Shown: positions 37,474 through 50,305 of the stretch, piece after piece | Layout: every line of letters begins with the position of its first letter | Numbering within the stretch: position 1 is the first letter of the stretch | Origin: Macrostomum lignano | Lineage: Eukaryota | Direction of reading: 5' to 3' | NCBI GenBank assembly: GCA_002269645.1 | Contig: NIVC01000494.1 | Location: 310,001 to 374,000 of the forward strand | DNA: 64,000 nucleotides | Notes under the pieces: generated by a model | The model's input: only the letters and a program-made list of their open reading frames with translations | Told to the model about the DNA's origin: nothing | The model's database searches: none | Program-made: the position numbers and the translations under genes

Positions 37474-39467
37474 TGATGGGTTTCGACCTTTCAGGCCCCT
37501 TGTGAGGAAGCCTTCGGGCCTCAGGCCTCAGAAACAAATCAATTAGAGTCCTGGCCCCCCCACTCCTGTCAGATGGTCAGCCCCATGGTAGCTTGATCGT
37601 GTGGCGAGCAGTCTAGGTCCTATAGCTAAGAGAGGAACAGCGAGAGACAAGCAGGGAGAATTTTGAAGGTAGAAATTAGCTAATCCGCAGACTAAGCTAA
37701 CTCGCTGCCACCAGCCCGTGCGTCCTGGCTCACCACACCGGGACTCTCGAAATCGGGCTTCCGACTAGAAGGGGCTTTGCACTTACCTGCCAACTAGTGT
37801 CTTTTTGCTGTCAATCTCGAAGTCATAGCCGATGATAAGGGACACTGCTGGGACTAGATCGCATTGGCCATGCAGGTACAGAGGGGACTTGTGCAGGGGA
37901 TTCTTGCAGTGGCGAGTCTATGGGGTAGCTACATGTACTATTACATTGCTAAATACGAAGATATGTACTTTTGGCCTTCAACGCGCCAACTAGCCTCTCA
38001 TAGCGCTGATGATAGACTAACTCGAACTTCAGAGACCGCATGATTCATTACCCGAGCCGCTTGGCTAACCTAGAGTGCACAAAGTACATCTCTGGCGCCG
38101 ATTCTGCACTTCTGGCAGTTTTGCTCACTGATTTGATTGATAGATCGACTGAAAACTGCCTTGCCATTGGCCCACTGTGACCGGCGCCTACTAGCTTAGC
38201 TACTCATCTGAGCCATCGGCGAACAAAGAAATAAAACCGATAAAAATAACTGTCAGATTTAACCTTCTCCTTAGATCACTTCACACCTCAGATCGAATTG
38301 GAGTTTCAGACTACTAGCAGTATTATTGAATGATTTCTGCCTCAGTAACAGCACTACTGAACAAAATGAGCAAAAGTGTGCGCCTAATTCAGCTACTGAA
38401 ACAGGGGACATATAGGGAATCACCCAATCAAGCAAGTCTAGGTAGCCTCTCACCCAACCAATCAGAAACTCAACAGCCGGAGACCAGGTAATCCACAGTG
38501 ACCGAATCGGCTTGATGCTCTGTAGCTGCAGACTCGGGATGATGCTGACACAATCTTCGCTGATAGCTAGCAGGTGATGATCTTCGCTTGATGTTCGCTG
38601 CTGACGACCGGGGGATTCGTCCTTGATGATGATGGGGGGAAGTCGCAATCCGGGGATCAAGAAACGACGGTCGCGCTCCGGGAACCAGAAGTTGCGTGCT
38701 GGGCCCGAGCAAGAGTAAGTTGCGTCCGAGCGGGCCAAAAACTCCGGTTTAAATAGCCGCCAACTGGACCGCAGTTTGTTATAACGGAACACGTCGATTC
38801 TGATTGGCTGAGCCGTTTTGTTAAAATGAGCGCCGAATTTTCTGATTGGCTAAGCTTGTTGCTACCCAGAATCACGTGACCGAGAGATCCTATCAGTTCC
38901 CACAGGGTCGTAAAAAGATGACAGGTGCGGCCATAAATCACTCAAAATCGCAACAAAATGATTTATGACTTTTCGCGTAGGATTGACAGAAATTAATGAA
39001 AAAGTATACATTAGAAAGCTCTTATTAAATAGAAAGTGAAGATAATGAAGAGAAATCGCTAATCGCTAATCCCAGAGTACTTTTAGGGGTAAAACGCATA
39101 GCTGTCAAAGCTGTCACACGCTTGAGTGAATCCGAACAATAGGCCCCGACCTCATAAATCTTGATGGCCTGTCAAAATGATGAGAAAAAAGCTACCGCCC
39201 GCATCCTCTCAGACCATCTGGCGCCCGTCTCAACACTGAGTGAGGCGCAGGTGGCTGTCAGACCAGCTTCGAAAGCGATGATTTATGACCCAAAAAGCAA
39301 TGCCTATGTTATTATGACTACTAGTATGGCCAGACATTATATCTAGTATAGATTCCATGACAATTCGCAGAAAAAGGATAAAAATGCCCATCGCCCACTG
39401 TTAGTAGGCTAGTAAGTTTAGAGCCCATGTGCTAGCGCGGGATTTGGGAAAAAGTGCGTCCTCATCA
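37474..39467 (-). repeat. 5' LTR (1994 bp)
   Basis: Near-identical to 29589-31581; adjacent to the PBS. Confidence 0.95.
38748..38849 (-). promoter_or_regulatory. LTR U3 promoter: two CCAAT boxes and TATTTAAA
   Basis: AGCCAATCAG twice (38845-38849, 38803-38807) upstream of a TATA-like box at 38748-38755; the same layout occurs in the solo LTR (46663, 46705, 46757). Confidence 0.7.
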
Positions 39468-41389
39468 GTTTTGATTTTTCGGGTTTATGATGGCGACCCG
39501 CTACGGGAATTCGGGAAATCTGGTCGCGCAGAATCTAACGACCGGCCAATTGCCGAGCATTCAATTCTATCAAATTCCGGTCGTCGGATTGCCTAAACTA
39601 ATTTAGTTTACTGCCTTATTGCCTAAACTGCAGCAAAATTCTATTCACGTATACATGTAAAAAAATTACATGCATGTACAGCCAAACAAAAAAGTTAATT
39701 AATAAATAAATGTGTTTTGGTAGGCGAAGCCTCCCACTGTCTCCCACTGTGAGAAATATTTTTCCTCCGTGTGCAAACTCCCCGGCCACCGTGCGTATTT
39801 CATGCTAACCCTGTGAAATGCTTTTGCAGCACGCGTTGCAGACGTCATAATTTACCTGCGAGGGATCCCCACTAGATTTACACATCTACACATCTAGCTT
39901 TACAAAAGACACATATTCAAATTTGCATTTCCAAGCCCCATCCTCATGTACATGTAATTTAATTTCATCCGAATTAAATGCCACTGATTGCACCAGATCT
40001 GCAAGTCCTTTAAAAGAAGCATATAATTTTTAAGCCGGGACGGCTCAGTCAGCTACATGTGCATGTAACGCCAAGTAAAATTACCCACCAGCAGAGAGCT
40101 AATGATTTTAACAGATATAACCTACAGATCTGCACAATACTGTAAGTATGTTTCAATCGTTGTGAGAATTTTGCGTATGCAAACTTGCCGACGTATGTGC
40201 GCGGATTTACACTGTGTACTTCATATAAGTACGTAAGTCGCCGACATATAAATCACTTTTTTAAAATTCGAGTGCATTTTGGCCTGGTACATGTAATACA
40301 TGTAAGTTACTAATAGTATAGTAGATCCAAGCCGCTATCGCGGCCGTAAACCCTGGAAAAAGAGTCAAAAGGCCTGAATCAAAATTATGCGTAGTTTGAA
40401 AGTCACGATCGAAGTTTGGTGTATAGAAAATTAAAGCTTTCTTAAAGTGTACTGTACATATGTCTCATTCAGTTGAAGGTAGAACATGCAGCTTTACTGC
40501 TGTACACGGAAGGTGCTCACAGAAATGATTGATCACTTTACAATGTAGTTATTTTATAACATGTACATGTACATGTAGTATTAGTGACGTAAAAATCGAC
40601 ACTCACGAAGATGCGCGCCTTTAAAATTATAAGAACTGACTACACACCTGGATGCAGTATAACGTAAAGGACAAACTGCATGCAAGCATGCCAAATGTGT
40701 AATCCTACATACGTAGTAGCTCTGTCTTCCTAAATCATGCATGCAGTGTAAATGCATATTACTGCACATGGCGCTGAATTCTAATACATGTATGGGCATT
40801 ATGTATGCATGTAAACACTAGCCTCTATTGTTTATACTGACTAACTATCAAACGTGTACATATGCCTATACGCAGGGTAACAGTTGCAGTTTTCGCCACA
40901 GGGTCCATACACGATTTTTTACCACGGCCAGCGCCTGCAAAATGTCAGCTGAAGCTGCACGAGTACAGCGCAGGATTCTGGATGTCTGCATAGATTTTCG
41001 GGTGGGGGAGAAAACTCCCGCTGCATACATACATTCCCTTACCTTATCAGCTAAACCAGCTGCAACTGGAATTCTTTCCTCGGAACCAAGTGTGCACATT
41101 TCGTTTGCAGACCTCATCGCAAAACCGGCCGGATATGTGCGGTCTTTCCAATTGGAGTTAGAGAGGGAAAGCGAGAGATAGATGGAGCAAAGAGGAGAAA
41201 CGCATGACGGACACGCATCCCCATTCCCCAGTATACGAAGCTGACCTTGTAATGATCGAACGGGACTGTCTTTTGGTCAGGCCTATCATGCAGCATGTAC
41301 TTTTATTGTTGTTTCTAGACTACAGTGTTCGAAGTATTAATTGTAAATACGTCGTACAATTTAATATGAGATATCGATATTAAAAAAAT

Positions 41390-41880
41390 ACCACTTAGAT
41401 TAAGAAGATAAACACTGAGACTAGGAAGATAGGCACTGAGATTAGGAAGATAGACACTGAGATTAGGAAGATAGGCACTGAGATTAGGAAGATAGGCACT
41501 GAGATTAGGAAGATAGACACTGAGATTAGGAAGATAGGCACTGAGATTAGGAAGATAGGCACTGATATTAGGAAGATAGGCACTGAGATTAGGAAGATAG
41601 GCACTGAGATTAGGAAGATAGGCACTGATATTAGGAAGATAGGCACTGAGATTAGGAAGATAGGCACTGAGATTAGGAAGATAGGCACTGATATTAGGAA
41701 GATAGACACTGAGATTAGGAAGATAGACACTGAGATTAGGAAGATAGACACTGAGATTAGGAAGATAGACACTGAGATTACAAAGATAGACACTGAGATT
41801 ACGAAGATAGCCACTGAGATTAGGAAGATAGATACTGAGATTAGTAAGATAGGCACTGAGATTGGGAAGAATTAAGAAGA
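41390..41880. repeat. Minisatellite, 21-bp unit (GCACTGAGATTAGGAAGATAG), downstream of GAPDH
   Basis: Direct tandem copies. Confidence 0.96.
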
Positions 41881-42487
41881 TAAGACAACAAGATAAGAGA
41901 TTAAGAAGATAGGCACTAAGACGTAGATGAAGAAGTAGACGATAGACACGAGGCCAAGTATTGCACAGGGAAAATGATAAATATAAATAAGCAAAGTTTA
42001 TTGCCAAACAAATCCTCTCAACACTTTTAAGGAACTATAGATATTAGCTATGTGTTCTGGGTGAGAGACAAAGTCTGTCTTTTCGAAGTAGAAAGTATAT
42101 TTTTAAAGAGAGATATTATTTGATTGTTCTGCAAAGTAAAAGTACACACCAACGGTCTTTGTTGTCAAAGAAAAATATGAGTAGGCAGATGTTGCTACGC
42201 GGTGCAAACTAATTAATTACTCTGGGCAGGTGAAAAGGGTTAGAGCGAAACACACCGGATTAGTCTGACTATAAATGAAATAATATAACTGTTGAGCTAG
42301 AAAAGAAAAGCGTTCGTACGAAGATTGTTGACTAGAGATAGCATAGGCTACATGTGGATATTATCAATACTATGATTGATTGGGCAATAAAGTGTTTTAA
42401 ACAACTATCTAAAACTGCTAACTAATACTATAATTAGATTAGTTTTATAGAGTCAGTCTGAGTCTCTCCAGATCTTTCACTCGATCT

Positions 42488-44022
<1,535 letters not shown>

Positions 44023-46044
44023 TTATTTGTGTTTTATAAGTTTTATGCTTAGAGCAAAAGTTAGATAAAGATTGCTAGACAAAGAGCATGCATTTAAATT
44101 ATTAAAGTGGAAGTTTTCAAATTGCAATAATTTGTATTGGTATCAACATAGAGCATATTTTATTTATGAGATTTTGCTACATATATATCAGAAAGATAAA
44201 CAAAAAGTCAAAATATTTTTATTTTGTTTTACTTTAGACATTTCACTAATAATAGGAATGTCACACCCATTACCATTATATAGCAACTTACTTTTGCTAA
44301 CCTAAAATTGTGCTAGACATTTTTGGCATAAACTACATAATCTCTATCTAGTTTGGTATCCATTTTCTTTGTTAATTAATATATGAAAGCTACCATATGT
44401 ACAACTGGCTTTTTAAACACAAATTTAAGAGGCCAAATTTAAAAACAAGTTGCCAGTTGGTGTTGTCAAAAATTTTAAAATAAAATACTAACATCTCTAT
44501 TAGAGACTAGTGTATATAGAAAATTTGTCTCTAGGAGCCATTTTGTCTAGTAGGTTACATTTTCCAATCTGCATGACTTAAAATTCAAGAGAGAATCAAA
44601 TATAGTTATACTATAGCATTTATGCAAAAATGAGCATTTTCATAAATAGAAACACTTAGTTTTTAACAAAGAGACAAAGCAGGCTAGACAATTTTGAAAA
44701 AGCGACAATTCTAATTTAGAAATAGCTCTATATAGCTCAAAATCAAAGACCTATTAGGACATTATTATTTGTTATAGATAGACACTTGAGTTCACACCAG
44801 CCTAGTCAATAATATGTTTACTAGAATTATTCGATCAAAACTAGGGGCCAATTTATAAATACATATATTTATTTTAATTTTTCTAAAATTCGCTTAAGCA
44901 CAAAAGATCTCAAAACATGGCAGTGCACCAATGCATCATGACAAGAAAATAACAAGCATAAAGGATAGAATTAATTCTTCTTATTTGCGTTTTTTATATA
45001 TTTTATTCGAGTTTGAGATAATAAATCTCTACTCTATGCTTGGCTATTTCATTTTTAAATTGAAAATCATGCGACTAGATACTAGATAGACGAAGTACAG
45101 GCTACTATCATGATTGGCCAATTTATTTTTATTGATTTATGATTGATTTACAATAAATTTATTCTAATCAGAATCCGTCTGATAGCACAAAGCTTTTCAC
45201 CAATATTATTGCAATCAATCTTGCAGCTGCCTATTCTATTCTGTATCGCTCGTTCGTACAACACGTCCACGGTCCAACTCTCTGATCTCTGACTGATCTT
45301 GAAGCGCGAAATAAATATTTACTTTTAAATTGATGTTCGAATCTTTATCACGATGAGTATATCAAATTTATTATTTATTATTGCTGTTGAACCAACTTAG
45401 GCTTTAAAATTTCTTTACAGAAAAAGTCTAAAGTGAAATATGCTTAGCCTAGGTCTACAGATCTAACTAGTCAAGCTGAATAATAAACGCAAGTACGCAG
45501 CTTGTAATGTTATGGAAATGCATCTCGACCATAGATAGTTTATACTAGTGTTCGATCGCGACAAGAAAAATTCTTATAGATTATGCGTTAAGTAGTTGAT
45601 AATGTACAACTGTTGTAGCTGTGATCACACTACAATCTGCTCTTTAATTTATTATCTATGGCAATTGGCAATTTAATTGTTTGCGGTTGTTGGAGCTGCG
45701 TCTATATAGTAGATACGTTAAGCTGTGAGCCGCACTATTACTTACTTACCTAATGTATTACTTTACTTTAAGTAAGTACTTTAGGCAATCACTTTTTTAA
45801 AAGAATTATAATTCTTGTCTGGATGGAATGTCATGCTAAAAAATGATCGATCGGCTCGCGCTTTCTATAGTCCAAATCCTGAAATTTTTGCTGTCGCAAT
45901 TAACATGCCGCTTCGTTTAATTGTAACTCCTTTTGAGCCGATACATAGCTGTTTCAAAGATAACTTGAGTTAGTAATATAATATTACTATAGTGGTCCTT
46001 TCGAGCTAAAGTAAAGTAGTCTAAAGGCCTAAGATATATGCATG

Positions 46045-48035
46045 TGATGAGGACGCACTTTTTCCCAAATCCCGCGCTAGCACATGGGCTCTAAACTTAC
46101 TAGCCTACTAACAGTGGGCGATGGGCATTTTTATCCTTTTTCTGCAAATTGTCATAGAATCTATACTAGATATAATGTCTGGCCATACTAGTAGTCATAA
46201 TAACATAGGCGTAGCTTTTTGGGTCGTAAATCATCGCTTCCGAAGTTGGTCTGACAGCCACCTGCGCCTCACTCAGTGTTGAGACGGGCGCCAGATGGTC
46301 TGAGAGGATGCGGGCGGTAGCTTTTTTCTCATCATTTTGACAGGCCATCAAGATTTATGAGGTCGGGGCCTATTGTTCGGATTCACTCAAGCGTGTGACA
46401 GCTTTGACAGCTATGCGTTTTACCCCTAAAAGTACTTTGGGATTAGCGATTAGCGATTTCTCTTCATTATCTTCACTTTCTATTTAATAAGAGCTTTCTA
46501 ATGTATATTTTTTCATTAATTTCTGTCAATCCTACGCGAAAAGTCATAAATCATTTTGTTGCGATTTTGAGTGATTTATGGCCGCACCTGTCATCTTTTT
46601 ACGACCCTGTGGGAACTGATAGGATCTCTCGGTCACGTGATTCTGGGTAGCAACAAGCTTAGCCAATCAGAAAATTCGGCGCTCATTTTAACAAAACGGC
46701 TCAGCCAATCAGAATCGACGTGTTCCGTTATAACAAACTGCGGTCCAGTTGGCGGCTATTTAAACCGGAGTTTTTGGCCCGCTCGGACGCAACTTACTCT
46801 TGCTCGGGCCCAGCACGCAACTTCTGGTTCCCGGAGCGCGACCGTCGTTTCTTGATCCCCGGATTGCGACTTCCCCCCATCATCATCAAGGACGAATCCC
46901 CCGGTCGTCAGCAGCGAACATCAAGCGAAGATCATCACCTGCTAGCTATCAGCGAAGATTGTGTCAGCATCATCCCGAGTCTGCAGCTACAGAGCATCAA
47001 GCCGATTCGGTCACTGTGGATTACCTGGTCTCCGGCTGTTGAGTTTCTGATTGGTTGGGTGAGAGGCTACCTAGACTTGCTTGATTGGGTGATTCCCTAT
47101 ATGTCCCCTGTTTCAGTAGCTGAATTAGGCGCACACTTTTGCTCATTTTGTTCAGTAGTGCTGTTACTGAGGCAGAAATCATTCAATAATACTGCTAGTA
47201 GTCTGAAACTCCAATTCGATCTGAAGAGTGAAGTGATCTAAGGAGAAGGTTAAATCTGACAGTTATTTTTATCGGTTTTATTTCTTTGTTCGCCGATGGC
47301 TCAGATGAGTAGCTAAGCTAGTAGGCGCCGGTCACAGTGGGCCAATGGCAAGGCAGTTTTCAGTCGATCTATCAATCAAATCAGTGAGCAAAACTGCCAG
47401 AAGTGCAGAATCGGCGCCAGAGATGTACTTTGTGCACTCTAGGTTAGCCAAGCGGCTCGGGTAATGAATCATGCGGTCTCTGAAGTTCGAGTTAGTCTAT
47501 CATCAGCGCTATGAGAGGCTAGTTGGCGCGTTGAAGGCCAAAAGTACATATCTTCGTATTTAGCAATGTAATAGTACATGTAGCTACCCCATAGTCTCGC
47601 CACTGCAAGAATCCCCTGCACAAGTCCCCTCTGTACCTGCATGGCCAATGCGATCAAGTCCCAGCAGTGTCCCTTATCATCGGCTATGACTTCGAGATTG
47701 ACAGCAAAAAGACACTAGTTGGCAGGTAAGTGCAAAGCCCCTTCTAGTCGGAAGCCCGATTTCGAGAGTCCCGGTGTGGTGAGCCAGGACGCACGGGCTG
47801 GTGGCAGCGAGTTAGCTTAGTCTGCGGATTAGATAATTTCTACCTTCAAAATTCTCCCTGCTTGTCTCTCGCTGTCCCTCTCTTAGCTATAGGACCTAGA
47901 CTGCTCGCCACACGATCAAGCTACCATGGGGCTGACCATCTGACAGGAGTGGGGGGCCAGGTCTCCAAATTTTTTTTTTCTGAGCCTGAGGCCCGAAGGC
48001 TTCCTAACAAGGGACCCGAAGGTCGAAACCCATCA
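46045..48035 (+). mobile_element. Solo LTR of the same family, inverted relative to the full element
   Basis: Reverse complement of the 2-kb LTR, TGATG...CATCA ends, perfect 4-bp TSD CATG (46041-46044, 48036-48039). Confidence 0.95.
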
Positions 48036-48072
48036 CATGCATGGCTACAACTGGTATAACCTGGGGAGGGGG

Positions 48073-48410
48073 CAGGGGCGTCGCTATGGATTTTATACTG
48101 TAATAGTGGGGGACAAAATAGTAAAGACTTTTACTGTACATGTATACATGCAGGTACATGTACATGACTAAGTCTACATTTAATTTTTTTTGAGAATCGG
48201 TCTTGTCAGCACTAGCAGTTTATTAGCAGGCACTCATTTTAGCGCCCCAGGCACAATCATTTTAGCGCCCCAGGCACGATCATTTTAGCGCCCCAGGCAC
48301 GATCATTTTAGCGCCCCAGGCACGATCATTTTAGCGCCCCAGGCACGATCATTTTAGCGCCCCAGGCACGATCATTTTAGCGCCGCAGGCACTCATTTTG
48401 GTGCGGCAGG
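48073..48410. mobile_element. Fragment of the hAT-type MITE family (opposite orientation), 23-bp internal repeats
   Basis: Starts CAGGGGCGTCGCTATGGATTTTAT; CATTTTAGCGCCCCAGGCACGAT units are the reverse complement of the family repeat; second TIR not found. Confidence 0.75.
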
Positions 48411-48963
48411 TTGCCCGGTATATTATTGCTGCTGTTGAAATTAACTGCAAATCCCCATGTGCATTTCTCTTGATCTTTTAATTATTCATGATATAAAGTA
48501 GCTCTTCACTGACTAAGTGGATTGCTATAATAGTTGCAAGCTACTGATTGTTGCTACACAGCAATTTATATGGTTGGCAAAAGCTGAGAGCCCAGGAGGA
48601 AAGCTGCTGATGGTGGCCAAGGATTATCACGATCAGAAGCGGAACCTGCAGTGCTGCAATTATATACTCTCCTCCAAATTCGGGTGTCCATTTTTAGACA
48701 ACTGCATGTACATGTAGGCCGAATGTATTATAGACTTTCAATAGGACGTTAAAAAATTAAAACGAAGCCTAAAATAGGTACATCTGTCTCTACTAGCTCG
48801 TAGATATAGTATATACATGTATACTAGTAAAAACTATACTCAATCACCCATGCAGGCTATAGAGGCGATGTGGGCGCTTCGCAGCCTCCCCCTAGCAACA
48901 ACTGCTCAACTATTCTACTTGAACAAAGCTCTATTATATAGCTAGCAAACTAAATAGCTCCAG

Positions 48964-50305
48964 CTCAGGCGCGAGAAGCATCTCTCACTTGAAGTCAACG
49001 CCAATTCCTATTCCACTGCATCGACTGCAAACAATCACAACCATCCGGCTGTCGAGCAGTCCGTGCCGAGCAACAGCGAATTGCAGTGCTCGATGAAGTG
49101 TGCGGATGCGGCTGGCTGCTTTGGGTTCAACTGGCTGCATGCCGGGTCAGCTGCTGTGCGGCCTCTTCAACCTGAGCGCTTTCCGAGGCACCTGGCTGGC
49201 CTCGGTAGGTCCCAGCTACGATGTTTTTATTAGAACCGGTAAGTTTTTTCTCTAGAGGGGGGGGGGTGCAGAGCAGCTCTCGCAGATCCCTGCCTCTGCG
49301 CCAGAGAGTTCCCGCAGCACCTCTGCAAGTACATGGCATGTACAGTGTATTACTGTCATCAGACCCGAAATTGGGCGTTAGCACAAGGCCGCAAAAGTGC
49401 GCAAGATCGAAAACTGGAAAGTGTGCCTTTGTACATGTATAGTGTGCTTTTTAGAAGTGTTTTCTTGGCCAAATTAATTAGAAGGCACATTCGATCTTGT
49501 CACCCAAAGCTAAAAGATGGAAGGATTTGGTGTTTTGCAAGTTGATTTTGTTTTTATTGATTAATGATAGTGTTCTAATACGCATGTAGCGGTTGTAGCC
49601 TAGTGGTTAGCGCGTCTAGGGCTAGGTCGTCTAGAAGTTAGGTTGGGGTTTGATTCTCGACCTATTTGGAACAATTTGTTGTCCTTGAGCAAAGACATTA
49701 CTCGTAAGACCTTAACTCTGCATTGCTTCAGTTCACTCAGCTGTAAAATGGGTGCCAGCATTAGCTGGGGTGATTGAGGGTGTGTGTGGCGACCCCCCAG
49801 TCCTTGGACTGAACAGCCGTACGCAGCCTTCAGATGCGCCGCGCAATAGCTGCGGCTGAGCTGTCGGTTGCAAGTCTGCCTGTAGGACAGGTGTAAAGCA
49901 TAAAAGTAAATACACTATGTGTTGGATAAGTCGCCTATGTTTACAAGTATCTTGGATTATCAATGCGACCTTCAGACGCTGTTAGACTGAGCACCGCAGG
50001 CTGCAACCAAAGCTCTATTCCTGGATGGCCGGTGGTGCATGAACGCCATCGATGGGAGCCGATCGCAGTCCAGGATGCAGTGTGCAGCACCACGGACATT
50101 GGCCCAGACCAGTGGTGGGAGGCCCAGCTGTCCAAAGCGTCCTTGGTTGTGTACGTCACAAGATATAACAGGCAAGATTGCTGCGCAGACTATTGAACAC
50201 CTCGATGTGGACGGCTTCGAGTGCAACCGAGTGAATTCGACCGAACTCATGTTTGAGCCTCGGCATCTCACTCTGTGCAAAGTGGAGTTGTACGGGCATC
50301 AGTGA
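48964..50305 (+). pseudogene. Frameshifted PAN/Apple plus F-type lectin domain gene (exons ~48964-49238 and ~49976-50305)
   Basis: SELQCSMKCADAAGCFGFNW...(shift)LLCGLFN fits the PAN/Apple Cys pattern. The second exon gives CNQSS, NAIDG, QWWEAQL, YNRQDCCAD and LTLCKVELYG in alternating frames with a stop. Donor G|GTAAGT at 49238. Confidence 0.7.
49587..49910 (+). mobile_element. tRNA-derived SINE with CORE-like central domain
   Basis: A box TAGCCTAGTGG (49596-49606), B-box-like GGTTTGATTCT (~49647-49657), then GTCCTTGAGCAAAGACATT...CTTCAGTTCACTCAGCTGTAAAATGGG resembling the CORE/MIR domain. The 3' end is approximate. Confidence 0.75.

Larger units (their letters stand above)
29589..39467 (-). 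mobile_element. Full-structure Ty3/Gypsy-type LTR retroelement encoding only Gag and protease (non-autonomous)
   Basis: Two ~1.99 kb direct repeats with TG...CA ends (29589-31581, 37474-39467); PBS, PPT, TSD GTTG/GTTT; gag and aspartic protease on the minus strand; no RT/RH/IN-like frame found in the 5.9 kb interior. Confidence 0.92.
29003..39499. mobile_element. Foldback element (~0.6 kb: 29003-29588 plus 39472-39499) split by the LTR retrotransposon
   Basis: AAACCCGAAATATCAC repeats followed by their reverse complement, centre near 29258. The right TIR resumes after the LTR element (TGATTTTTCGGGTTTATGATGGCGACCC). 8-bp TSD GCTACGGG at 28995-29002 and 39500-39507. Confidence 0.85.

Noticed and set aside
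37474-39471. Hammerhead ribozyme formed by LTR ends (CTGATGAGGAC ... GTCGAAAC)
   Set aside because: The two halves are ~2 kb apart, the leading C comes from the flanking TSD, stems I and III and a cleavage triplet are missing, and U3 is not at the RNA 5' end.
49587-49665. tRNA gene
   Set aside because: A and B boxes are present but there is no convincing cloverleaf or terminator; it continues into a CORE-like body, so it is treated as a SINE head.
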